Source: Gemmatimonadaceae bacterium (lineage in GTDB: Bacteria; Gemmatimonadota; Gemmatimonadetes; Gemmatimonadales; Gemmatimonadaceae). From it: 10,543 nt of DNA. The DNA lies in contig JBBDYA010000131.1 of NCBI GenBank assembly GCA_040902005.1, positions 1 to 10,543 on the forward strand, read 5' to 3'. The position numbers and the translations under genes are program-made. Of this stretch, positions 1 through 6,982 are shown piece by piece (positions within the stretch are counted from its first letter, which is position 1; every line of letters begins with the position of its first letter). Under the pieces are notes generated by a model that was given only the letters and a program-made list of their open reading frames with translations, did no database searches and was not told the DNA's origin.

Positions 1-2
1 TC

Positions 3-221
3 TATCGCAACGGTGAGCTGGTGGCGCGGGACGCCGGGGTGCATACGATGCTGACGTCCGATACGCGGGGGGACGACTTCGCGTATAAGTGCTGGGATTG
101 CACGCGTGAGCCGATCGAGCAGTTGCACCTCATGCTCATGCCGCCGGAGGGCAAGCCGTACCAGGTCCCCGGCGGAGTGCTCCACGTCATGTGGGAAAAG
201 TCGACGTTCACGGCGTCGTGA
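3..221 (+). CDS. 3' end of a hypothetical protein with a CxxC motif (5'-truncated by the window)
   Basis: The frame is open from base 3 (YRNGELVARDAGVHTMLTSDTRGDDFAYKCWDCTREPIEQLHLMLMPPEGKPYQVPGGVLHVMWEKSTFTAS) to TGA at 219-221. Most codons end in G/C and the composition is protein-like. CWDC is at 90-101. No family recognised. Confidence 0.7.
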   Translation, partial: YRNGELVARDAGVHTMLTSDTRGDDFAYKCWDCTREPIEQLHLMLMPPEGKPYQVPGGVLHVMWEKSTFTAS

Positions 222-261
222 CAGCTGTAAATGCGGAGCGCAACACGCGCGGCGCCCCCGG

Positions 262-287
262 CCGGGCGGCGAGAGCGCTCCGCCCGG
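262..287. other. GC-rich inverted repeat (possible terminator hairpin or operator) abutting the ECF -35 element
   Basis: CCGGGCGG (262-269) is the exact reverse complement of CCGCCCGG (280-287), with a 10-nt spacer. No U-tract follows. Confidence 0.35.
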
Positions 288-312
288 GAACTATCGCCGC
301 CGCTCCCGTATT
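287..312 (+). promoter_or_regulatory. Candidate autoregulatory ECF sigma promoter (GGAACT-N14-CGTATT)
   Basis: GGAACT at 287-292 and CGTATT at 307-312, ending 26 nt before ATG 339. Same spacing as the copies at 1299 and 9533. Resembles SigR/SigH-type promoters (GGAAT/C-N17-18-GTT). Confidence 0.7.
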
Positions 313-338
313 GCCCCGGAGCGGCGTGCGGTTCTGTG

Positions 339-929
339 ATGCCTGAGTCCACGAAGCAGGCGCGCGATACGCGGTTCCAGGAGGAAGCGCTACGGTGGCT
401 TCCCGATGTGACGCGCTTCGCGCTATCCCTTACCCGGGACGAGTCCGACGCGGACGACCTCGTGCAGGAGACTTATCTGAAAGCGTATCGGGCATGGGAC
501 AGCTACACACCTGGCACGGAATGCCGGGGTTGGCTGTTCACCATTTGCCGCAACACGTTCATCCGCGCCCGCCAGCGCGCGGACCGGCAGGTGGCCTGCG
601 ACGATCCGGAGCTGGAGGCCCTCGCCGCGTCCGCCGTGCACGCATCGGCACTGCAGGGGGGCTACGCCGACCTGTTCGCCCGCTTCGATCTTTCCGACGC
701 CATCCGGACCGCGATGCAATCGTTGCCCGACGCGTTCCGTGAAGTCGTGGTTCTCATCGACGTCCTCGACCAGTCATACGAGAGCGCAGCGGGCACGTTG
801 GGCGTACCCATCGGGACCGTTCGATCGCGCCTCTTCCGTGCGAGGCGTCTGCTCCAGGAGATGCTCATCAGCCACGCGCTCGATGCCGGGCTCGTGGGAT
901 CGCAGTCCGGAGCCGAGGCGGCATCGTGA
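339..929 (+). CDS. ECF sigma-70 factor, SigR/SigH-like (196 aa from ATG 339)
   Basis: Region 2: FALSLTRDESDADDLVQETYLKAYRAWDSYTPGTECRGWLFTICRNTF. Region 4: LPDAFREVVVLIDVLDQSYESAAGTLGVPIGTVRSRLFRARRLL. Start moved from the track's 231 to 339 because the extension is not sigma-like and contains the promoter motif. Confidence 0.95.
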   Translation: MPESTKQARDTRFQEEALRWLPDVTRFALSLTRDESDADDLVQETYLKAYRAWDSYTPGTECRGWLFTICRNTFIRARQRADRQVACDDPELEALAASAVHASALQGGYADLFARFDLSDAIRTAMQSLPDAFREVVVLIDVLDQSYESAAGTLGVPIGTVRSRLFRARRLLQEMLISHALDAGLVGSQSGAEAAS

Positions 930-1252
930 GACGCCAACTGGCGCGGCTTCTCGCCCGTCTTCGGAGTCGCCCCGGACGCGCGGCGATGCCGGAAGATGGC
1001 ATGTCCCCGATGCTGGATTGCGAATCGGTTATGCGGCAGCTCTGGGATTACCTCGACGGCGAGCTGACGGTCGACCGCAAGTCCGTGATCCGATCGCACC
1101 TGGATCTCTGCAAGCGGTGCCATCCACAGTACGAGTTCGAGCACGCTTTCCTTGACGCGATCGCGGCGAGTACGCCGTCGCACCCCGATCCAGACCGGCT
1201 ACGGCGCGCGCTTCTGGCGGCGCTCGAACACGAGGGGTTCAGCGCGGCCTGA
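926..1252 (+). CDS. Soluble zinc-binding anti-sigma factor (ZAS/zf-HC2; RsrA/RshA-like)
   Basis: DCESVMRQLWDYLDGEL followed by HLDLCKRC (HxxxCxxC, 1097-1120); no transmembrane segment. GTGA overlap with the sigma stop codon. In-frame ATGs at 986, 1001 and 1010 are alternative starts. Confidence 0.92.
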   Translation: MRRQLARLLARLRSRPGRAAMPEDGMSPMLDCESVMRQLWDYLDGELTVDRKSVIRSHLDLCKRCHPQYEFEHAFLDAIAASTPSHPDPDRLRRALLAALEHEGFSAA

Positions 1253-1298
1253 CGGGATCGTGCGCCAGGGCTGCCGAAGGCGGCATTCCGCGGCGGCG

Positions 1299-1324
1299 GG
1301 AACTTTGTGAAGCTTCCGCGACTT
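1299..1324 (+). promoter_or_regulatory. Candidate ECF promoter for the small ORF-doxX-transporter operon (GGAACT-N14-CGACTT)
   Basis: GGAACT at 1299-1304 and CGACTT at 1319-1324, upstream of RBS AAGGAGA (1354-1360) and ATG 1365. Confidence 0.65.
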
Positions 1325-1364
1325 GCCATGGGAACACATTACTCGACCAACGCAAGGAGATTCA

Positions 1365-1454
1365 ATGACGGTAGCGGAGATCATCCGGATCGCCGAGCGT
1401 GCGGCCGAGGTTCGGCAGGTTGCTTGACGACGTTCCTGCCACGACCCCTGGTGA
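1365..1454 (+). CDS. Candidate 29-aa selenocysteine-containing peptide MTVAEIIRIAERAAEVRQVAURRSCHDPW (20 aa if TGA 1425 is a stop)
   Basis: The clearest Shine-Dalgarno in the window (AAGGAGA, 1354-1360) precedes ATG 1365. In-frame TGA at 1425-1427 is followed by RRSCHDPW and a second TGA at 1452-1454. A Cys lies four residues after the TGA and a hairpin lies immediately 3' of it. Absent from the ORF track. Confidence 0.6.
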
Positions 1455-1465
1455 TCGGGCAGACG
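1431..1465 (+). promoter_or_regulatory. Candidate bacterial SECIS-like stem-loop
   Basis: Folded by eye: CGT 1431-1433 with ACG 1463-1465; CTGCC 1436-1440 with GGCAG 1458-1462; bulged A; CGA 1442-1444 with TCG 1455-1457. The apical segment CCCCTGGTGA starts 17 nt after the TGA. Confidence 0.5.
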
Positions 1466-1491
1466 CGCGCGTACGCGGCTCTCGCTGGAGC

Positions 1492-1893
1492 ATGCCGGTG
1501 CTGCGCATCGGAATGGGCGTATTCCTGCTGGCTTGGGGAATCGACAAGCTTGCGGCCGTGGAAGCATCGCGTCGGATTTTCGCCGGCATGTACCAAATCC
1601 CGGCCAGTGCAACGCTCGTTCAGGTGGCCGGTGTAGCCGAGATCCTGCTCGCGGTCCTGCTCATTGCCGGAGCTTACCGCCGGGCGGTCGCGTGGATCGT
1701 CCTCGGGATCAACGCGATCTCCACAGTCGCCAGCTGGCGGCAGATCCTCGATCCATGGGGAGCGCTCGGCATCGGCCCGGGCGGCACTCATCTCTTTCTC
1801 GCTTCTATCGTGATCATGGCGGTGTCGGTCGTGCTCGTGCTCGACGCGCACGCCGGCCGCGGATCCGCGCGACCATCGTCACCCGGCACGTGA
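1492..1893 (+). CDS. DoxX-family membrane protein
   Basis: VLRIGMGVFLLAWGIDKL and AGVAEILLAVLLIAGAYRR match the DoxX pattern (LR..G..F...G..K; E...G..LL.G..R); about four hydrophobic helices. Start uncertain: ATG 1492, GTG 1498 (7 nt after GGAG) or the track's GTG 1399. Confidence 0.8.
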   Translation: MPVLRIGMGVFLLAWGIDKLAAVEASRRIFAGMYQIPASATLVQVAGVAEILLAVLLIAGAYRRAVAWIVLGINAISTVASWRQILDPWGALGIGPGGTHLFLASIVIMAVSVVLVLDAHAGRGSARPSSPGT

Positions 1894-1912
1894 CAGCTCT
1901 TTCCCAGCCGAC

Positions 1913-4831
1913 ATGACCTCGCTGAACCGCCTGGGGTTCCGCGCGGTCCTTGACTGGCTCGCGGGAGTTTTCGCCGCCGCAATCGCATTGTTGCTGATCG
2001 TGCCGGCGGCGGAAGCCCAGGAATCAGGCTTGCTCCGTGGTGTCGTGCGAGAGCAGCACGGTCGGCCCGTGACGCGGGCGCAAGTCCGGTTCACGCCCGG
2101 CGATCACGCCACGACTACGGATTCCGGCGGACGCTTTTCGCTGCGCATTCCCGTCGGCGTGGCCGGCATGCTCCTGATCGGGCAGGCAGGATTCGATTCC
2201 GTGTCGCTGGCCATCGCCCCGCTGCGCGCTGCGGTGCAGCACGACATCGCCGTCACCCTGACGGCACCGGTGCGCCTCGACGTGGTTACCGTCGTGGCCG
2301 AGCGGGAGCGACCGCTGCTGAACACGCTTGATGCGGCAACCGGGGGCACGGTGGAGCGGCGCGAGCTGGAGCGACTGCCCACGGATGCCCGGGATCCGAT
2401 CGCGCTTGGCTACAACATTCCAGGCGTGGCCCAAGCCACCGGTTTCTTTGGCGACGCCCCGAAGCTCAGCCTCGCCGGAGCGAACGGTCTCTACACGCAG
2501 TACTCCCTGGACGGGCTGGAGAACAACGAAGGGTTTCTCGGCGGTCCCCGCGTCGAAGTACCGCTGTCCGCGCTCGCGCGCTTCAGCGTTCTTTCCGCCA
2601 CGTACGGCGCGGATTTCGGCCGCTCATCCAACGGCGTCGTGAACATGGAGACGCGCTCCGGCGGCGATTCGTGGACGGGCGAGGTGTTCGCCTACAGCCG
2701 GCCCGGCATTCCCGTGGATGCATATCCCGCTGTGGTGCCGGTTGGCCAGGATCCCGACGACTTTCGCCGGGCGCTGGAGGGGTTTCGCCGGACTCAGGTT
2801 GGCGGGGCCCTCGGCGGACCGCTCCGCCGCGACCGCGAGCGGCGAACGGGCACGCGTGTATTCGGTGCCGTCGAATACACCAGTGAGAATGAGGATCGCA
2901 TCGCTTCGACTGCACGCGCGACCTTTACCGGCCGCGAGGTGCGGGACACGTGGAAGACGTTTGGCCGCGTCGATCACGGATGGAGCCCGACGCAGACGAC
3001 GACGTTGCGCGTGACGACGAGCCGGGTCAGCCGCGAAGGCCGCGGCAGCGGAATCGTCGCCCCTGAGGCGGACATCACCGTCCAGCGTAACGGATCGGCG
3101 ACGGCGCTCGTTCATCGCTCGGCGCTGCGGGACGGGCGCGCGAGCAACGAGGCGAGCGTGCAGGTGGGGTCCTTCCGCTGGAACTTCCCCCCGGCAGCAT
3201 CTGATTTCTCCCGCCCGCAAGTGACGATCCGAGAGGTGCAGGCGGATGCCCAGGGACGGGAAGACACCGTGGTCGTCGGCGTCGCCGGCTCGAGCAATTT
3301 TGTGTTCGACGAGCGCGAGACGCAGCTTCAGCTGAAGGATGTATTCGAGGCGACGCCGGGCGGGCGGTGGGCGGGCCACACGCTGCGCCTTGGTGCCGAC
3401 GGCTGGCGCTCGCAATTCCGCTTGACGGCGTCGAGCACGAATCCGAGCGGTTCATACGTAGTGCTCGATGAAGGAAACATTCCCCGACAGCCTGACGGGC
3501 GGTATGCGTTTCGGGACATACCCGCTGATGTGCGGGTCCTGGCCTACACCGTCGACGCCGCGCAAAAGCAGGTCGATCTCTCACAGACGCTCATTGGCGC
3601 GTTCGTGGAAGACCGCTGGCGCGCGACGCCCTCGCTCACCGTGACGCTCGGCCTTCGCTGGGATTACGACGACCTGACCAGCCGTGGCGGCAGCTCGCCC
3701 GATCTGAACAATTTCCAGCCGCGGGCGAGCGTGAATTGGGTGGCCGGTCCATCGACGGTGCTGCGCGCGGCTGCGGGACTGTACGCGGGCAAGTTTCCCT
3801 ATGCCATATATTCGGATGCCATCCAGTTCGGGCCGGACGGAAACCAGACCGTCACCTTCGACGGCAGCGCCGCGCCGGCGTTTCTCGCGGGCCCGCGGAC
3901 TGCGACGCTCGACCGCTCCGCGTTGCCACCGGGCGAGATTCGCGAGCTTTTCGCGCTGGGGCTGGAGCAACCGATGAGCCGCCAGCTTTCGGCGGGCGTT
4001 CAGCGCCAGCTTGGCCGACGCGCCGCGGTTTCATTCGATGGCGTCTGGGTCGATACGCGGAATTTGCCCCGGTCGTGGGATCTCAACCCCAACACGCGCG
4101 GGATAAGCCCGGCCGACAGTGTGTCGCTGCCGCCTTCCGCGGGGGACGGTTTCCGCCCCGTGACTCCGGCGCCGGGCGGGTTTCGCAGGCGCACGACGAG
4201 CGAGAGCGGAGGTCGCTCTACCTATGCCGCGCTGTTTACCTCGCTGCGCTACGACGCGACGCGTTCGCTCCTGCTCGACGCGAACTGGGTCTGGTCCAGG
4301 TCCCGCAACGACACCGAGGACATCAATTTCAACGCAACGCAAGGAAACCGGTTCGACCTGGAGTGGGCCGATGCAGTGAACGACCGGCGGCACAAGATCA
4401 CGGCACGCGCGACGTACACCGCCGTTCCCCGCCTGACCGTGGCCGGGATTGGCGACTACCAGACTGGGACGCCGATCAACCGCATCGCGCACTTTCGCGA
4501 TCTTGACGGCTCGGGGGATACGTTCGGAAACGGCTTTCTTGGCAATCACGATCGCTTCCATGGAGTGCCGCGAAACGGCGAGCGGCTCCCGGACGCGTTC
4601 CTCATGCACGCCAGCGTCAGCTACGCGCTACCGTTTTCGGGCTCCAGGCGCGCGCTGGAGCTTCGCGCCGACGCATTCAACCTTTTCAACAGTGTCAATG
4701 TGAGCGGTGTGGCCAACGGAATTCCGGGCGGCGGCACGCGCACGCAGGTCGGACGGCCCGGCGATCCTGTGGTCGTCAATAATGCGGGGGCGCCCCGCCA
4801 GATCCAATTCTCCGCGCGGTATGCGTTCTGA
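1913..4831 (+). CDS. TonB-dependent outer-membrane receptor with N-terminal carboxypeptidase-regulatory-like domain (Oar-like), 972 aa
   Basis: Signal peptide ending AEA-Q; LRGVVREQHGRPVTRAQV...TTTDSGGRFSL domain; plug motifs YSLDGLENN and YGADFGRSSNGVVNMETRSG; barrel motifs FVEDRWRATPSLTVTLGLRWDY and NNFQPRAS; C-terminal beta-signal PRQIQFSARYAF. Confidence 0.95.
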   Translation: MTSLNRLGFRAVLDWLAGVFAAAIALLLIVPAAEAQESGLLRGVVREQHGRPVTRAQVRFTPGDHATTTDSGGRFSLRIPVGVAGMLLIGQAGFDSVSLAIAPLRAAVQHDIAVTLTAPVRLDVVTVVAERERPLLNTLDAATGGTVERRELERLPTDARDPIALGYNIPGVAQATGFFGDAPKLSLAGANGLYTQYSLDGLENNEGFLGGPRVEVPLSALARFSVLSATYGADFGRSSNGVVNMETRSGGDSWTGEVFAYSRPGIPVDAYPAVVPVGQDPDDFRRALEGFRRTQVGGALGGPLRRDRERRTGTRVFGAVEYTSENEDRIASTARATFTGREVRDTWKTFGRVDHGWSPTQTTTLRVTTSRVSREGRGSGIVAPEADITVQRNGSATALVHRSALRDGRASNEASVQVGSFRWNFPPAASDFSRPQVTIREVQADAQGREDTVVVGVAGSSNFVFDERETQLQLKDVFEATPGGRWAGHTLRLGADGWRSQFRLTASSTNPSGSYVVLDEGNIPRQPDGRYAFRDIPADVRVLAYTVDAAQKQVDLSQTLIGAFVEDRWRATPSLTVTLGLRWDYDDLTSRGGSSPDLNNFQPRASVNWVAGPSTVLRAAAGLYAGKFPYAIYSDAIQFGPDGNQTVTFDGSAAPAFLAGPRTATLDRSALPPGEIRELFALGLEQPMSRQLSAGVQRQLGRRAAVSFDGVWVDTRNLPRSWDLNPNTRGISPADSVSLPPSAGDGFRPVTPAPGGFRRRTTSESGGRSTYAALFTSLRYDATRSLLLDANWVWSRSRNDTEDINFNATQGNRFDLEWADAVNDRRHKITARATYTAVPRLTVAGIGDYQTGTPINRIAHFRDLDGSGDTFGNGFLGNHDRFHGVPRNGERLPDAFLMHASVSYALPFSGSRRALELRADAFNLFNSVNVSGVANGIPGGGTRTQVGRPGDPVVVNNAGAPRQIQFSARYAF

Positions 4832-6084
4832 TGTTTCGACCGGGAATTACGCTTGCTCTGATCTGGGTCGCGGCGGCCGCGGAAGCATGCGGCGGTGGTC
4901 CACGGGACGATCGCGTGGATGCGGGCCAAGCTGCTATCGATTCTCTCGCTGCCCTGCCGTGGGATAGCGTCGTCGCCCGGGCGCGTGGCGCCGAAGTGGT
5001 CTGGCGCATGTGGCGCGGAGATCCATCCATTAACAAGTACATCGACGGCTGGGTCGCGCCTCGCCTCCGGGCGCGGCACGGCATCACGCTTCGGGCCGTG
5101 GACGGGCAGGGCCCGGAAATCGTCAATCAACTCATCATCGAGCGCGAGGCCGGGCGACGGCGGGGGACGGCGAGTCTCGTGTGGATCAATGGAGCGACGT
5201 TCGCAAACCTGCGGCAGGAGCGGTTGTTGGCGGGGCCGTGGTCCGGGCGCCTGCCCGGCGCGGCCTACGTCGACAGCGCGTCGCCGATCATAGCCCGTGA
5301 CTTCGAGCAGGACCCGGCGGGTTACGAGAGTCCCTGGGGGCAGGTGCAGTTCGCGCTCATCTACGACACGTTGCGAACGCCGGCGCCGCCCCGCAGCTTC
5401 GAGGAGCTCGGCGAGTGGATACGTGCGCGCCCCGGCCGCTTCACGCACGACCAGGGATTCAGCGGAACCACCTTTCTCAAGATGCTGCTGTACGCCCGGG
5501 CCGGGGGCGTGGAGATGCTTCAGGGCGGGTTCGACTCCGTCCGGTACGTCGCCTCCCGCGCGGCGGTGTTCGCGTGGATCGACTCGGTTCGTCCCGCTTT
5601 CTGGCGCGGGGGAGCGACCTTTCCGCCGGACGTCGCCGCGATGCACCGGCTGTTCGCGAACCAGGAGATCGACTTCAGCATGTCCAACAATCACAATGAA
5701 GTCGCCACCAAGGTGCGCCAGGGGATTCTGCCCGCGACGTCGCGCGCGCTTCTGCTCCGCGACGGCACGATCGCCAACACGCACTTTCTCGGTATTCCGG
5801 TGAACGCACCCAATGCAGCGGGCGCGATGGTCGTGGCGGACTTTCTGCTTTCGCCGGAGGCGCAGCTGGAGAAACAGCGGGTGGAAGTATGGGCGGACGG
5901 CACCGTGTTGGACGTGCTGAAGCTTTCGCCGCCGTGGCGCGCGCGGTTCGACGCACTCGAGAGGGACGCGCGCCAGCTGCCGCGAGACTCTTTGCGGAAA
6001 TACGCGCGGCCGGAAGTCGCGCCTCGCTATCACGAGCTGCTGGCCGCGGACTGGCGGGCGCACGTGCGAGCGAATCGGCGCTGA
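4831..6084 (+). CDS. ynjB: ABC transporter substrate-binding protein, YnjB-like (PotD/PotF superfamily), probable lipoprotein
   Basis: WDSVVARARGAEVVWRMWRGDPSINKYI, LVWINGATF, GYESPWGQVQF, DFSMSNN, GTIANTHFLGIPVNAPNAAGAMVVADFLLSPEAQLEK and WADGTVLD are YnjB-type motifs. The hydrophobic N-terminus ends AEAC-GGG. TGATG overlap with the receptor stop. Confidence 0.85.
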   Translation: MFRPGITLALIWVAAAAEACGGGPRDDRVDAGQAAIDSLAALPWDSVVARARGAEVVWRMWRGDPSINKYIDGWVAPRLRARHGITLRAVDGQGPEIVNQLIIEREAGRRRGTASLVWINGATFANLRQERLLAGPWSGRLPGAAYVDSASPIIARDFEQDPAGYESPWGQVQFALIYDTLRTPAPPRSFEELGEWIRARPGRFTHDQGFSGTTFLKMLLYARAGGVEMLQGGFDSVRYVASRAAVFAWIDSVRPAFWRGGATFPPDVAAMHRLFANQEIDFSMSNNHNEVATKVRQGILPATSRALLLRDGTIANTHFLGIPVNAPNAAGAMVVADFLLSPEAQLEKQRVEVWADGTVLDVLKLSPPWRARFDALERDARQLPRDSLRKYARPEVAPRYHELLAADWRAHVRANRR

Positions 6085-6106
6085 CTTCAGCGATGTCCCG
6101 GCCGAA

Positions 6107-6982
6107 ATGAGCGGGAGCGCGCCGATGTCATCGAACTCGCGCGACAACCGGGCGCTTGTGGGCGCCGCATTGATTGCGGCTCCTGTCCTGGCGGGCATCG
6201 CGTACGCGGCAGCCGCCAGCCTGGGTAGCGTCGGACCCGGCGCCAGCGGCGTCGAGCCGGGACGGCTGGTGCGTGTACTCGGCGAGCGGGCAACGTGGAA
6301 CGGGCTCGGCTTCACGCTCTGGATATCCGGGGTCGCAACAGCTCTCGCGACCGCAGCGGCTGTCACCGTTGCAGTCACGTTCCGCCGCTCCACGCGTTTC
6401 GACGGCGCGATGCGCGCGATCGCAGCCGTTCCTCTCGCGGTTCCGCACATCGTTGCGGGCGCGCTCGGCGTGTGGATTCTCGCCCAGAGCGGCATGATCG
6501 CGCGGTTTCTCGTGGGGGTGGGCCTCATCGCCGCGCCCTCGCAGATGCCCGCGCTGGTATATGATCCGCTGGGCCTGGGTCTCGCATTCACGATGGCGTG
6601 GAAGGAGTTCGCTTTTCTCCTCGTCGTTACGGCCGCGTTGCTGACGACCCAGGAGACCGACCTGGAGGAGGCGGCACGCACACTCGGCGCAGGCCCATGG
6701 GCAACCTTCCGCCGCGTAACGTTGCCGGTGCTCTGGCGGGGGCTGCTTCCGGCGGTTATCGCGGTCTTTGTTTTCGTGGCTGGGAGCTACGAAGCTGCCG
6801 CGCTGCTGGCGCCGAGCGATCCGGTCGTGCTTCCGCTCCTGGTGAGCGAGCGCGCTGCTGATCCCGACCTTGCCAGGCGCGGCGACGCGTACGTCATCAG
6901 CTTGTTGCTGCTCGCGCTCGGCGCCATTGCCGTGGTCGTGCACGAGTGGGCGCGCGCGGGATGGGAGCCGCTGGGCGAATGA
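6107..6982 (+). CDS. ABC transporter permease subunit 1 (YnjC N-half-like)
   Basis: Multiple hydrophobic helices; PLAVPHIV and WKEFAF; EAA loop LEEAARTLGAGPWATFRRVTLP. Alternative start ATG 6125 behind GGAG. Confidence 0.92.
   Translation: MSGSAPMSSNSRDNRALVGAALIAAPVLAGIAYAAAASLGSVGPGASGVEPGRLVRVLGERATWNGLGFTLWISGVATALATAAAVTVAVTFRRSTRFDGAMRAIAAVPLAVPHIVAGALGVWILAQSGMIARFLVGVGLIAAPSQMPALVYDPLGLGLAFTMAWKEFAFLLVVTAALLTTQETDLEEAARTLGAGPWATFRRVTLPVLWRGLLPAVIAVFVFVAGSYEAAALLAPSDPVVLPLLVSERAADPDLARRGDAYVISLLLLALGAIAVVVHEWARAGWEPLGE

Noticed and set aside
231..338. 36-aa N-terminal extension of the sigma factor
   Set aside because: Low-complexity and not sigma-like; it spans the hairpin and the candidate promoter, so ATG 339 is preferred.
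1272..1285. Hairpin TGCCG-aagg-CGGCA after the anti-sigma gene as a terminator
   Set aside because: Only a 5-bp stem followed by two T residues; too weak to call.
1331..1356. Fourth promoter-like motif GGAACA-N14-CGCAAG
   Set aside because: It lacks the conserved T of the -35 box and the TT of the -10 box, and its -10 overlaps the RBS of ORF 1365.
1365..1454. Calling the small ORF a RiPP precursor, or reading TGA as Trp/Gly under an alternative genetic code
   Set aside because: No radical SAM, YcaO or peptidase gene lies in the window to support a RiPP call, and TGA serves as the normal stop of most genes here, which excludes global reassignment.
1443..1758. DPW tripeptide shared by the small peptide (HDPW) and DoxX (LDPW)
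   Set aside because: A three-residue match with different codons and no flanking similarity; treated as coincidence.
4621..6681. 686-aa antisense ORF and the many other minus-strand or alternate-frame ORFs in the track
   Set aside because: They shadow well-supported + strand genes, are Arg/Pro/Ala-rich and show no motifs. This is expected from stop-codon scarcity in GC-rich DNA.
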